The translations under genes and the position numbers were made by a program. DNA of 54,000 bases from a virus (lineage: Duplodnaviria; Caudoviricetes): positions 1 to 54,000 of IMG/VR virus record IMGVR_UViG_3300047316_000404; one strand, given 5' to 3'. The notes under the pieces were generated by a model. It was given only the letters and a program-made list of their open reading frames with translations, was not told the origin of the DNA and did no database searches. The stretch's first letter is position 1. Each line of letters opens with the position of its first letter. Shown piece after piece: positions 25,236-35,400 of the stretch.

Positions 25236-26351
25236 ATGACCAACCCCGACATCGAAGACCGCCGCGGCGCGCTTGCGCAATTCGCCAATGCCGGCGGCCA
25301 GCTCCAGCAGCCCATCCCGTCCGGCCACGGCTTGGTGAGGCCAACCACCGGGCTTGCCGATCGCGTCATCGGCGCGCAGCACGTCGCGGTCTACCGTGAC
25401 GACGCGAAAATATTGCAGAAGCTCTCCGCGCTCGCCGCGGCAGCCGGCACGGACTGGTTTTACCGCTTCCCGGTCAAGTCGAAGGACGGCCGCACCGATT
25501 ACATCGAAGGGCCGAGCATCAAGCTCGCAAACGATGTCGCGCGCATCTTCGGCAACAACGTCAACGAAGTCCGCGAGATCGACAACGGCGACAGTTGGAC
25601 CTTCTACGCGCGCTTCACCGACATCGAGACGGGCTTCTCGATGGAGCGCGCCTACCGGCAGCGCAAGTCGCAGACTTCGATCAAGACCAGGGACGCCGAT
25701 CGCAGTCTCGATCAGACCTACCAAATAGGGCAATCGAAGGCGATCCGAAATTGCATCGTCAACTCGCTTCAGATCTATGCCGACTACGCTTTCGAGCATG
25801 CCCGCAACTCGCTGGTCGATAAGATCGGCAAAGACTTGGCCGGCTACCGCCAGCGCGTCGTCGAGGGCCTCGCGCGCATCCCGGTCGAACTGAACCGCGT
25901 CGAGCGCGTCATCGGCCGTGCCGTCAAGGATTGGCTCGCGCCAGATGTTGCCCAGGTGATCGCGATGATGAAAAGCGTCGCGGACGGCATGGCGTCTGTC
26001 GAAGAAACGTTCCCGCCGATCGAGCAAGTTGCGCAGCCGGCTGCATCGACAGCAAGTGCTACGCCGCCGCCCATGGAGTCAGGACCGGAGGCGGCCGGCG
26101 AGGCGCAGGGCGAGGCCACACCCAATCCACCCCGCCCTGCGCCGACCGCCGATAAGCAATCAGCCGTCGAAGCCGGTGGCCCCGTCGAGGTCGCCTACAA
26201 GCGCGGCGCGGCCTGGCGCACGACTGGCGGGGAGCGCAAAGCCATGCCGCCCGAATACCGTGATCTGAAACATTCGCGCGAGGCGCTCGCATGGGGGGCC
26301 GGTTTTGACGGTAAGCCGATCCCGACATTTTCCGACGAGGGCGAAGCGTGA
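25236..26351 (+). CDS. Phage protein, possible single-strand annealing partner of YqaJ
   Basis: YRFPV...IEGPSIKLA...SKAIRNCI globular domain and a low-complexity tail; function inferred from position. Confidence 0.6.
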   Translation: MTNPDIEDRRGALAQFANAGGQLQQPIPSGHGLVRPTTGLADRVIGAQHVAVYRDDAKILQKLSALAAAAGTDWFYRFPVKSKDGRTDYIEGPSIKLANDVARIFGNNVNEVREIDNGDSWTFYARFTDIETGFSMERAYRQRKSQTSIKTRDADRSLDQTYQIGQSKAIRNCIVNSLQIYADYAFEHARNSLVDKIGKDLAGYRQRVVEGLARIPVELNRVERVIGRAVKDWLAPDVAQVIAMMKSVADGMASVEETFPPIEQVAQPAASTASATPPPMESGPEAAGEAQGEATPNPPRPAPTADKQSAVEAGGPVEVAYKRGAAWRTTGGERKAMPPEYRDLKHSREALAWGAGFDGKPIPTFSDEGEA

Positions 26352-26364
26352 CGGAGCTGCCGCT

Positions 26365-26706
26365 ATGAGGGCGATCTATGCCGTGACCGTCGCCGCCATC
26401 GCGGTGTTGTTGGTGACGGTGTCGATGCGCGGATATGCGACAAAGCCGTCCACCGCCAAGCCGGCGCCGGTGTCGTTGCTCGTCGAGCCGCCGCTGAAGT
26501 CCGATCGGCTATCGGTCCCGAAGCCGCCACCGCCTCCGCCGAAGCCGGTGCCGCCGCCCCCACCGGTCGCCGAACTGATCGAGCCGCTGGCCGCAGTTGC
26601 TGAGGCGCCGCCGCCCAAGCCACACGCCGATCCGGTCTGCGGGGCGCGCGGGCGGACTTGGTACACGCGCGAGAACGGATGGAAGTCCTGGAGATGTAAT
26701 CGATGA
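26365..26706 (+). CDS. Membrane-anchored Pro-rich protein
   Basis: N-terminal hydrophobic helix, KSDRL motif, C-terminal Cys pair. Confidence 0.65.
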   Translation: MRAIYAVTVAAIAVLLVTVSMRGYATKPSTAKPAPVSLLVEPPLKSDRLSVPKPPPPPPKPVPPPPPVAELIEPLAAVAEAPPPKPHADPVCGARGRTWYTRENGWKSWRCNR

Positions 26707-27017
26707 GGACGATCTCGGCGGCGCGGATGAAGGGCAACGGCATGGGGCATACGAACCGCATTCCGCGTGAGGGCACCCATCTGCGCAAGATATGGGACCT
26801 GTTCCAGTCCACGCCAGGAGTTGTCATACCCATGGTCATTCTCGGCAAGAACAAGAACGCCTTGTTTCAGCTCCGCGATTTCTACGGATTGGACATCCGC
26901 TGCATCAGGTACGGCAAATGGTGCCTGTGCGGCGAGTGGGTTGTTGGTGGCGGCTACATCGATTACGTGGCTGCGCGCCATCAGGACGCGGTGGATGGGT
27001 ACAAAGGAGGGCGATGA
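26703..27017 (+). CDS. Hypothetical protein
   Basis: ATGA overlap; QLRDFYGLDIR...GEW...YIDY. Confidence 0.65.
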   Translation: MRTISAARMKGNGMGHTNRIPREGTHLRKIWDLFQSTPGVVIPMVILGKNKNALFQLRDFYGLDIRCIRYGKWCLCGEWVVGGGYIDYVAARHQDAVDGYKGGR

Positions 27018-27070
27018 ACAAACAACCAACTAGGCTGGGAATCAAACCACTTTTTCAACGAGGAAAGCAA

Positions 27071-27835
27071 ATGAAGCGACTACTAGCTACGTCCGCCATC
27101 CTGGCGGCGCTTGCGGTGCCGGCTGCGGCCAGCACCGTCACACTAGGTGGCCAGACCTGGGACACCACCAATTCCGGCAGCCTGAGCCTCGGCGGCGTGG
27201 TGCCCGCCGGGAACCAACCGCAGAACGCCCCGTGCGTCATCTGCGGTGCCAACCAGCCGCAGCAGCCGGCGAACTTCGGCTACAACGACTACCAGAACGG
27301 CGGCAATCTGACGGCGGCTACCGCCTTCTCCGACCAAGGCAATGGTGCTCGGAATACGCTGACCAACAACACCGTCGGGGACGGCTACCAAGTCGGCGCG
27401 GGGAGTGCTTTGCTCGCCTTCCTGCTCGCCAACAACGATACCAGCCTCGGGTTCAGCATCGGCGTGGACGTGAACGACAACGGCAACGCGCAGACGCTCA
27501 ACGCCTTCTACTTCCTCGACTACACCACCCACACCGTGTTGGCCTCCTTCACTGGCGGACTCACCGGCAACGTGCCGTCGGTTCACAACGGCACCGGGCT
27601 TCCGGACTACAGCATCACCGGGAGCCTGCTCAACCTCAACGATGTCCACCTGGGCGACACGATTGGCTTCGTGGCGATCATGACTGGACTAAACGATGGG
27701 CCCGACTCGTTCTTCATCGAGGCGGCACCGGCGGTGGCGCAGACCCCGCTGCCGGCCTCGGCCTTCCTGTTCGGCATCGGCCTCGTCGGCCTCGCCGGGC
27801 TTGTGCGTAAGCGTCAGAGTAATCGTCTTGCGTAA
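27071..27835 (+). CDS. Secreted protein with VPLPA/PEP-CTERM sorting signal
   Basis: Signal peptide MKRLLATSAILAALAVPAAA; C-terminal TPLPA, transmembrane helix, then RKR. Confidence 0.85.
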   Translation: MKRLLATSAILAALAVPAAASTVTLGGQTWDTTNSGSLSLGGVVPAGNQPQNAPCVICGANQPQQPANFGYNDYQNGGNLTAATAFSDQGNGARNTLTNNTVGDGYQVGAGSALLAFLLANNDTSLGFSIGVDVNDNGNAQTLNAFYFLDYTTHTVLASFTGGLTGNVPSVHNGTGLPDYSITGSLLNLNDVHLGDTIGFVAIMTGLNDGPDSFFIEAAPAVAQTPLPASAFLFGIGLVGLAGLVRKRQSNRLA

Positions 27836-28053
27836 TAGCGCGTAGGCTGACGTTGCTTCCCGCTCCGTCAGCGTACAGGCCCGCCGGGTTGATACCGCCA
27901 TCCATCGGCATCCCGCCCGGCGGGCCACCATGACGAGACACCGGCCCAGCAAGAAACGACGCCACACGGTGGTCGCCCATTGGCGGGTCATCCGTAACAA
28001 GAACGGCAGCACCAGACGCATCCGCGTCCGAGGCTCTAAACGAGGCAAATGAG

Positions 28054-28272
28054 ATGGTGCCACCCAACCCCGACGAGATCGCTGGCAGCGTGCCGCGGCG
28101 GCGCATCGAGCGCCTGCGCGACGAGCTGGACGTCATGGACCTCGCCGCGATGCTGGCCACCTCCTACGAGGCCGGTCACATTCAGATCGAGATCGCCGAC
28201 GCGCTAAGGCAGCGGCGCTTGGAACTGAAACTCAGAACGTGGAACCTCGACGGAGAAGAAGCATATGAATAG
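28054..28272 (+). CDS. Hypothetical protein
   Basis: Same-strand gene chain with GAGG ribosome-binding site. Confidence 0.5.
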   Translation: MVPPNPDEIAGSVPRRRIERLRDELDVMDLAAMLATSYEAGHIQIEIADALRQRRLELKLRTWNLDGEEAYE

Positions 28273-28690
28273 CGAGCACGTAAACGGCGTGATGGAGAGC
28301 GACGACATCCTCAAGCGCGGGCAGGATCTGGCGCAGGCCATCGTAGCTGCGGCAGAAAAGCATGTGACCAGGGCGCAGGCCAACCTCGACCGCGCCAAGT
28401 CGGTGGCCGATATCATCCTGGCCCAGACCAACGACGAGGTGCGGCGCATCAACACCAAGACCGCCAACGACAAGGCCGCCACCGAGAAGATCCTGGAGGG
28501 CTACCGCATCATCGAGGAGAGCGGCGAGGAGCCGACCAAGCCAGCTCGGGAGTTGGAGCCGACCGACGCTATCCTGGACGACTTCGCAAATGCTGACCGG
28601 ATCATGGCCGACATGAACTACGGCAAGGAGATTCGCAAGCTCAACTCCACTTCACCATACGACGGCCGCAGGGGCGCAGACAGCAGGTGA
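28265..28690 (+). CDS. Hypothetical coiled-coil protein
   Basis: Overlaps the upstream gene; GC3-rich codons. Confidence 0.6.
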   Translation: MNSEHVNGVMESDDILKRGQDLAQAIVAAAEKHVTRAQANLDRAKSVADIILAQTNDEVRRINTKTANDKAATEKILEGYRIIEESGEEPTKPARELEPTDAILDDFANADRIMADMNYGKEIRKLNSTSPYDGRRGADSR

Positions 28691-28715
28691 GCAAACCGTT
28701 CATGGAGATGAACAA

Positions 28716-28901
28716 ATGATCCGAGGCGAAGGCCCTATTACAAATGACTACTTGCGGCAGACCCTTGAACAGTGCGCGGAGATCATCATTCGCGCTGACG
28801 GAGATCGAGACTACATGAACCACAGCGACCTCACCGTGCAGCAGACTACCTCGATGGCCGCTTTCATGCGGCTGGCTGCTGAGCGCATCCCGATCAGGTG
28901 A
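28716..28901 (+). CDS. Hypothetical protein
   Basis: GGAG ribosome-binding site. Confidence 0.45.
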   Translation: MIRGEGPITNDYLRQTLEQCAEIIIRADGDRDYMNHSDLTVQQTTSMAAFMRLAAERIPIR

Positions 28902-28941
28902 CCCGCTCACGGGAATAGTGGAAACCAGAAAGGACCGATAG

Positions 28942-29151
28942 ATGACCGATCTTGAGATCGCAGAGTGGGTTGGTTTTTACTACGGGCTGCAGCGTGCCGG
29001 CGACATGCATGTCGCTCACACCACAGACGAGGCTGGTAGAACGCTCAATGCCCTGCGCCGGGTGATCCAAGCAGAAATGGACAAGACCAAAGCAAAGCTG
29101 CCGCCTGGGGCCTTGGAGGAATGGCCAAGCGATACGAAAGGCGCAGACTGA
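28942..29151 (+). CDS. Hypothetical protein
   Basis: AAGGA ribosome-binding site. Confidence 0.45.
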   Translation: MTDLEIAEWVGFYYGLQRAGDMHVAHTTDEAGRTLNALRRVIQAEMDKTKAKLPPGALEEWPSDTKGAD

Positions 29152-29183
29152 CCCGCACACGAGAGTTCTGCGCACCAGAGGGG

Positions 29184-29420
29184 ATGAAGATGTGCGAGAG
29201 ATGCGAGGAGCTAGAGGACGCGCTGCATCGGATAGTGCGGTGGTCCGAAGCATATCCACCTGACGTTTTCCACGAACCCTCGCCGGAACAAAGCCACCGA
29301 GCGCACTTGCTGCTGACGGCCAACGGAATGACCTTGGACGCATTTAGCGCAAGCATGGGACGGCATTGTCTCAAAGGCATTGGCGATATCGCGCGGGGCG
29401 CACTTACGGGAATGAGCTAA
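29184..29420 (+). CDS. Hypothetical protein
   Basis: GAGGG ribosome-binding site; WSEAYPPDVF. Confidence 0.5.
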   Translation: MKMCERCEELEDALHRIVRWSEAYPPDVFHEPSPEQSHRAHLLLTANGMTLDAFSASMGRHCLKGIGDIARGALTGMS

Positions 29421-29424
29421 CCGG

Positions 29425-29664
29425 ATGACGGACGAGACCGGCGAGCGCGATACCCTGTACGTCACGGACGCGGAGCTGATCCGGCGCATGGGCGTGCCTG
29501 AGAAGATCGCGCGGGAGGCCATCCGGGCGCTTGACGCGAACCACCGGGTCAGCGGTTTTCCCCAGAAGCAAAAGCTATTCGGGGACCGGAGATATTGGCC
29601 GGCGTGCAAGGCTTACTTTGATCGGGCGAGCGGACTTATCCCCCGGGAGCGCACATCGGCTTGA
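29425..29664 (+). CDS. Putative excisionase/winged-helix protein
   Basis: LYVTDAELIRRMGV...GFP...RRYWPACKAYFD; upstream of the integrase. Confidence 0.6.
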   Translation: MTDETGERDTLYVTDAELIRRMGVPEKIAREAIRALDANHRVSGFPQKQKLFGDRRYWPACKAYFDRASGLIPRERTSA

Positions 29665-29696
29665 CATAAGCGTATGCGCTGATTACATTCGGCAGC

Positions 29697-29906
29697 ATGG
29701 CAATTTATATCCCCGATGAAGAAATTGTTGCGGTCGTAAAGAAGCAGATCGGCCATGGCTCCCAAAAGGAGTGGGCTGAAAAGCACGGGATATCGGCCGC
29801 CTACCTCTCTGACTTTCTGCTCGGCAGGCGCCGCCCCGGTCCGGCCATTCTTCGCGGCGCTGGGTTCTCGGTGACCCCCTATTATCGGAAGCTTTCCCAT
29901 GACTGA
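29697..29906 (+). CDS. Small XRE/Cro-type HTH protein
   Basis: SQKEWAEKHGISAAYLSDFLLGRRRPG; own TTGACA -35 element near 29661. Confidence 0.75.
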   Translation: MAIYIPDEEIVAVVKKQIGHGSQKEWAEKHGISAAYLSDFLLGRRRPGPAILRGAGFSVTPYYRKLSHD

Positions 29907-29933
29907 TCACGCCAAAGGATATCGAGGCCACCC

Positions 29934-30242
29934 ATGACCGATGACGATCTGCGCACGATTTTGCAGGCCGAGCTCGCGCCCGTCCGCGAGCAACTTAAGA
30001 TAATCGAGATAAAAGTCAGCGGTATTCCGCTGATAGCTGAGTCAACCCACGACTTGCGTCGCGACCTGCGAATGGTGAAGGCCGCCATCAACGACATGGC
30101 GCGCGTCAACATCACCGCCGGAGAGGTTGAGGCGCTCCACGAAGAGATCGAGAAGATACAGGCCGAGAATGCAGAGCTTGCGACCCGCCTCGCCACCATC
30201 GAACGGCTGCTCGCCGATACTGGAGCTTCCGATGAGCGATAG
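29934..30242 (+). CDS. Coiled-coil hypothetical protein
   Basis: Heptad pattern; overlaps the integrase start. Confidence 0.55.
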   Translation: MTDDDLRTILQAELAPVREQLKIIEIKVSGIPLIAESTHDLRRDLRMVKAAINDMARVNITAGEVEALHEEIEKIQAENAELATRLATIERLLADTGASDER

Positions 30243-31461
30243 ACCGAAAGTCGCAGACGCCCCCGGCTTGGTGTGGGCGCCCCGTAAATCCGGCTGGGTG
30301 GCCGAATGGCACGCCCGCACCGATCTGATCAAGCGCGGGTTCCTGCCCCAGCGCGCCCGCGTCTGGGCCGGGGAATGGCCTTCGCAGACGGATTGCGCCC
30401 TGATCTCCGACCAGTGCACCCGCCTCCAGACCGAAATGCTGGTCTGGGGCCGCGGCGGCATCCCGGTGATCGCAGACGCCTTCGACGGCACGCTGGGCAG
30501 CCTGATCCGGCTCTACCAGACCGATAAGGATTCCTCGTATCAGGAGCTTCGCTACGCTAGCCGGATGAACGACGACAGCCGGTGCAAGCTGATCGCCAGG
30601 GACTACGGCGACACGCTGCTTTCGGACATCGACGCCCGCATGATCAAGGATTGGTGGCGGGCGTGGACCTCGGACGGCCGGACCCCGTCGGCCCATGGCA
30701 AGGTCGGGCAGCTCCGCACACTCTTCGCGTTCGGCTCCACCTTGGTCGGAAAGCGCGGAGATCCCGAATGCCGGCGGTTGCGCGAGGATGCCGGACTGCT
30801 GCGCTTCAAGATGGGCAAGCCCCGGAAGGAATACATCACGGCAACCCAGGCACTCGCCATCATCGCCAAGGCCCACGAGCTCGGCCGCCACTCGATCGCG
30901 CTCGCCCAGGCGTTCCAGTTCGAATGCACCCTGCGGCAAAAGGACGTGATCGGAGAATGGGTACCGATGGGCGAGCCGGAACTGTCGGATGTCCATGACG
31001 GTCAATGGAAGTGGCTTCGGGGTCTCCGGGGCGAAGAGATCGACGCCAATTTGATCCTGCGCCACATGACCAGCAAACGGCAGAAGCCGGTCGAGGTCGA
31101 TCTGCGCCTGGCCCCGATGGTCATGGCGGAACTGGATCTGGCCGGCAAGTTCCCCGAGAAGGGGCCGCTGATCATTTGCGAGGCAACCGGAGTGGCGTGG
31201 CAAGCCAAGAACTTCCGCGAGAAGTGGCGCAAGGTCGCGACTGCGGCCGGAGTTCCAAACCACGTCTGGAACATGGACAGCCGGGCCGGCGCGATCACGG
31301 AAGGGACGGACGTTGCCGCCATGGATGACGTTCGCCGCACCGCGACCCACAGCAACGTCAGCCAGACCCAAGCCTACTCGAGGGACGACACCAAGGCGAT
31401 CGCCAGGGTCATGAAGGGCCGCGCCGCGAGCCGGAACAAGGCGGGAACGGATGCGTCGTAA
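30232..31461 (+). CDS. int: Tyrosine recombinase (integrase)
   Basis: LRQKD (Arg), TSKR (Lys), MDSRAGAIT (HxxR-equivalent), ATHS...TQAY (Tyr). Confidence 0.85.
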   Translation: MSDRPKVADAPGLVWAPRKSGWVAEWHARTDLIKRGFLPQRARVWAGEWPSQTDCALISDQCTRLQTEMLVWGRGGIPVIADAFDGTLGSLIRLYQTDKDSSYQELRYASRMNDDSRCKLIARDYGDTLLSDIDARMIKDWWRAWTSDGRTPSAHGKVGQLRTLFAFGSTLVGKRGDPECRRLREDAGLLRFKMGKPRKEYITATQALAIIAKAHELGRHSIALAQAFQFECTLRQKDVIGEWVPMGEPELSDVHDGQWKWLRGLRGEEIDANLILRHMTSKRQKPVEVDLRLAPMVMAELDLAGKFPEKGPLIICEATGVAWQAKNFREKWRKVATAAGVPNHVWNMDSRAGAITEGTDVAAMDDVRRTATHSNVSQTQAYSRDDTKAIARVMKGRAASRNKAGTDAS

Positions 31462-31517
31462 ATCACCGTAAACGCAACGCGAACATCGATGACTAGCATA
31501 CACTACCAGGATCTAGC

Positions 31518-31578
31518 GATTTCAATTGGTTAAGGGGTGTTTCCGCTCAGCGCCCAAAAGCGCGGGGCCATTGAAATC
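31518..31578. other. Candidate attP region
   Basis: Non-coding, directly after int; inverted repeat GATTTCAAT (31518) / ATTGAAATC (31570). Confidence 0.4.
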
Positions 31579-31643
31579 ATTGAATGTCAGCAGCGATTGA
31601 ACAGGCAGAGAGACGCAGGAAGCCGCAAGGAGAGGATTGTTGA

Positions 31644-31657
31644 GTTTCACGTGAAAC
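31644..31657. promoter_or_regulatory. parS: parS-like palindrome
   Basis: GTTTCACGTGAAAC, identical to the core of the bacterial chromosomal parS consensus. Confidence 0.75.
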
Positions 31658-31685
31658 CTTTCAGGTGAATGGCAGGAGGCGGAAG

Positions 31686-31913
31686 ATGGCGGACGGAACG
31701 GTTCGATGCTTCATGGACGGCATCGATTGGCAGCACCAACTCGGGGCCGACGCGGACGGAACAGTTCTTTTCCCGAGCGAAGATTCCCTCCGCAAGGCCA
31801 AGGCCTGCCTTGCTGGCGGGTGCGGTGTTGTCGAGGTCGAAGTTCGGCTGATCCGATGGGTTGAACCACAAAATTTGGAATATCACGATGCAGACGGACG
31901 CGACTTTATTTAA
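31686..31913 (+). CDS. Hypothetical protein
   Basis: GGAGG ribosome-binding site; FMDGIDWQHQLG...CGVVEVEV. Confidence 0.6.
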   Translation: MADGTVRCFMDGIDWQHQLGADADGTVLFPSEDSLRKAKACLAGGCGVVEVEVRLIRWVEPQNLEYHDADGRDFI

Positions 31914-32096
31914 GCGCGGCCCACATTGGTGAGCGCACTCATGAATGGTCCCGCAAGAAGCTTCCGAGTGCCACACTCCGCAGATCGATCTGATGTCAAC
32001 CAACGAGAGAGTTTGACCGTCCTTGGCTTTCCCGAGCTATGTGATTCGGGACAGGAACCATTCATCGCCCGTCGGCACTCGGAACTCCTGGGTAAA

Positions 32097-32393
32097 TCAG
32101 GCGCGCGGTTTAATCGCGGGCAATGACTTATCCTTGGTGGTGTTCGACAGCTCGCCAGTTTTGCCAGACTTAGCATAGCTTTGGCGTTCGATATCGGTAG
32201 TGAAAACATTCGGCGTTTTCATGAATCGGCTGGCCTGCGTTTGAATGACCGGCCCGCCCGCAGCATAGCTGGCGGGCATCGGCCCGGTGCCCTTGGTGAA
32301 CTCCCGCCCGACCGATCGCGGGATACCGAGCGTGCTCTTGCCTTTTGCGGCGGCGAACATGGCCTTCCGTTGTGCGTCCGAAACTGCAGGCAT
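32097..32393 (-). CDS. Small basic protein with YAAGG motif
   Basis: [16 protein letters not shown]...[10 protein letters not shown]; AGGAG ribosome-binding site. Confidence 0.7.
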   Translation of the reverse strand: MPAVSDAQRKAMFAAAKGKSTLGIPRSVGREFTKGTGPMPASYAAGGPVIQTQASRFMKTPNVFTTDIERQSYAKSGKTGELSNTTKDKSLPAIKPRA

Positions 32394-32409
32394 GATATTT
32401 TCTCCTGTG

Positions 32410-35400
32410 CTATGGCGCTGCTGCCGCCTGATGCTCCGCGTTCCACTGTCTTTTGGTGGCGGCTGAAGCGTGTGGCAGATACCGCGGAATTTCGTCCGGA
32501 GCGGCTTGGTTCAGAATAGCCATCTGGTGCTGCTGCGGCAGCCGCTGGAACATGTACTGGTCGCCCGCTTCCTTCCCGATGGCGGCGACGGACTTCGGCT
32601 TCATCCCTGCCTTAATGGCTGCGGCCCTGGCGGCACTGAGTGCTTGCGGGTCCTTGTTCTGCTTGGCCAGCAATATCTGGTTACGGGCCACCTGCTGATC
32701 ATGCGTGGTGGCGTCGTCCTGATATGGCTTCGCCCCGGGGGAAACATAGTTCTGGTAGAGGTAGCCGATCCGGTTTTGGATCGCCGTCCTCGCGGCATAG
32801 GCTGGCGCCGGCCCAAACCCGAGATAGGCCAGCGGGGTCTCGATCGGGCGGCCGCCAGTTTCCTTGGCGTGCTCGGCGCCGGTTACCGACATCGGCGAGA
32901 GTTGCTGGCCGAACGTATGCCGAACCGCCTGGGCAATCTTTTGATATCCAGGAGCATTGGTGTCCCAGACCTCGCGGCCGAAATAGTCCCTGTTCTCCAC
33001 CAACTCTCTGATCGGCTGGAACAGCGTCTTGTTCCACAGCATGCTCATGGCGCCGCCCAGCATGCCGCCGGGGCCGCCGCCCTGCTCCTGGACGTGCTTC
33101 TGTAGCATCGGTATTTCGCGGAGATAGAACATCGTTGTGAGACGCCGCGGCGAGCCGTCCGGATTGAGACCGCCGACTCGCGGGAAAATATAGTCGTTCG
33201 TGTCCTGCGGATTTTCGCCGGTGAACATCTTGGTCATGATGCCGCCAATCATCGCGGCCGTGCCCATGTAGATGCTGGCGAATTTGATCTTGTTGGTCGC
33301 ATCGCGAATGATTTGCCGTTCTGCGCTGGGGGCCATGCCGGGTATGAATTTGCCGGCCGGGCGGGTAGCGGCCTCTATGGCCGCACCACCGAATTCGCGC
33401 GCAAAGCCCAGGTTCCAACCCAGTGACAACAACGAGCCGGTGCCAAGATCCTTGGTCATCTTGTTCCAGAACAGCCCGTTGTAAAACATCTCGCCATAGC
33501 GGTTGTCGGTGCTTTTGCCGAGCGCACGCAGCGCAATGCCGCGCGCCTCGTCGTTATTAACGAGGTCGGGCCTGCGCTTCATGAGTGCAGCGGCATCGTT
33601 GAGATATGACGCTATTTTCACCCGTGGTATCCACATATCGAAGATCGGCGCTTGAATGCGTCGGACCAGTTCCTGGGGCGCATAATAAGCCAGCTTGAAC
33701 GGATTTCCGGCCTGCCAGGCCTCGCTCAGCCTTTGCTCGGCGGCGCTGCGGAATTGCTCCGGCGCTCTCGGTATAACGCCGCCTTCCTCCATGTACTGGA
33801 CGGCGAGTTTGCCTTCGGGCGTGCGAGCATTCTCACCGAGAAGCCATTGGTTCTGGACTTCCTTGGCCGAGATCGGCTTTCCGCCCACCTCGGCCGCCGG
33901 GCGGAAAGTCGTCGTCACCGCCTGCTTTGCGCTCTTGATGGCGCCATTGATGTCTCCCGCAATCGCCTGGTCGGCGGCGCGCGCGAGGTTGCTGGACATA
34001 TTAATGTGAGCGACGTGGAGGGGGTGGAACGCGCTGACGGCGAGCTTGATCGGCACCCACGCAGACTTGAATTGCATCCAGCCGCGAAAGACGTCGCCGG
34101 CAACCCCTGGATTGCCCCATAGCCCTCTTTGCGCAACGACGTTGTTCCATATCGGCTGGATCTCGGGCGAGATCAGCCACTGCTCCCGATCAGGTGCATT
34201 GACCTTCTGCCAGCCTTGTTTGGCCAACGTGGCGGCCTGTGCGTCGTTCTTGACCTTGCCGGCCAACTGCATTTTCTCCAACCCGCCGAGCATTTCCATG
34301 GTCATGCGCATGTCGGCGCCGGCCAGAAGGCGAGAGCGGACGGCGGCATAGGGGTTGGTGTTCTTGAGCTTGTAGCCGCCGGCAAGTCCTTGCTCGATCA
34401 GATCGATGGTGCGTGCCTTCTGAAATCCGGTCTGGCCAAGCGTCTGGGTCAAATATTCCATGAGCGGCGGTTGACCCGGTCTCGGTGCCTCCCATTCGTG
34501 CGGGAAATAATCGTCTCGATAAGCCGCCTTTGAGCCCCACTGCTTTTCCAGCTTGTCGGTTTCATCAAGCATTCGCCTGATGTGCTGGGCATCCGCCTTC
34601 ACTTCCGGCTTTACAGTCCGGCCATTTTCGACGTCGGATAGAAAAGAAAAGCGATCCGCCTCGGGTATCTTGTTCCACCTCGCTTCGCCCTCCTGGGTTT
34701 CATGGAATATCCGATCATGCTCGCCCGATTGCGCCGATTTCATCTTGGCGAATACCGGCTCGGCCCGGAGCGCGTTTGAGCTGATGGTCTCCGGCTGGAA
34801 CGTCTCCTGCCAGGTGCGCAGGAGCTTGCTCAGGAACGGGAAGCGCGCAGGCGGGGTGGGTGCCGGGCGTTGCGTGGGTGGCGTGCCGCCGAGGGGCGGC
34901 GGGGCTCCGGTGGGCGGCGTTCCACCAGGCGGTTGCCGCGGCGGCTGTTGCCGTTGCTGCTGCTGCTGCTGCTGTTGCTGGCTACGCTCGATCGCATCCG
35001 CGCCTTGCTCGAGCTGTCGCGCGCGTCCTTCCTGGCCCTGCGCCCGGTACATGGCCGCAGTCTCGCGCAGGTGTGCGGCTGTGTTGGGGACGTCAGCAGC
35101 CGTGTTGACCCGTTGCTGCAGGAGCTCATTACGCCCGCCGGTAAACAGGTTTTCCTGCAGATGCGTGTCGCCGAACAGTCCTTCGTCCGCCGGCCGTTGC
35201 GGGGCTGTCGGTTTCAGACGTTGGTCGGCCTGCCGTTGCGCGAGCTCGGCTGCGCCGATGCGCTCGGCCCCTGGGATGACGCCTTGAGGTTTTCCCTCAG
35301 CGCCCATTTCGACAGTGCCGCGTGGTGCTTCGCCAGCATCTGGCGGCGCTGGAGGTCCTGCGGGCTCAGGTCCGGCCGCGGCTTCGCGTACACCTCGGCC

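Noticed and set aside
22866-25239. ORFs spanning the pentamer arrays (e.g. 22866-23459, 23219-23677, 23357-23842, 24040-24237, 24704-25108)
   Set aside because: Arg/Gly/Ala/Pro-rich translations of a 5-nt repeat that overlap better genes; not credible proteins
30112-31503. 463-aa minus-strand ORF and similar long antisense ORFs elsewhere
   Set aside because: Shadow frames of GC3-rich genes (here the integrase)
34953-34983. (CTG)n tract
   Set aside because: Encodes a poly-Gln linker in the large virion protein; ordinary low complexity
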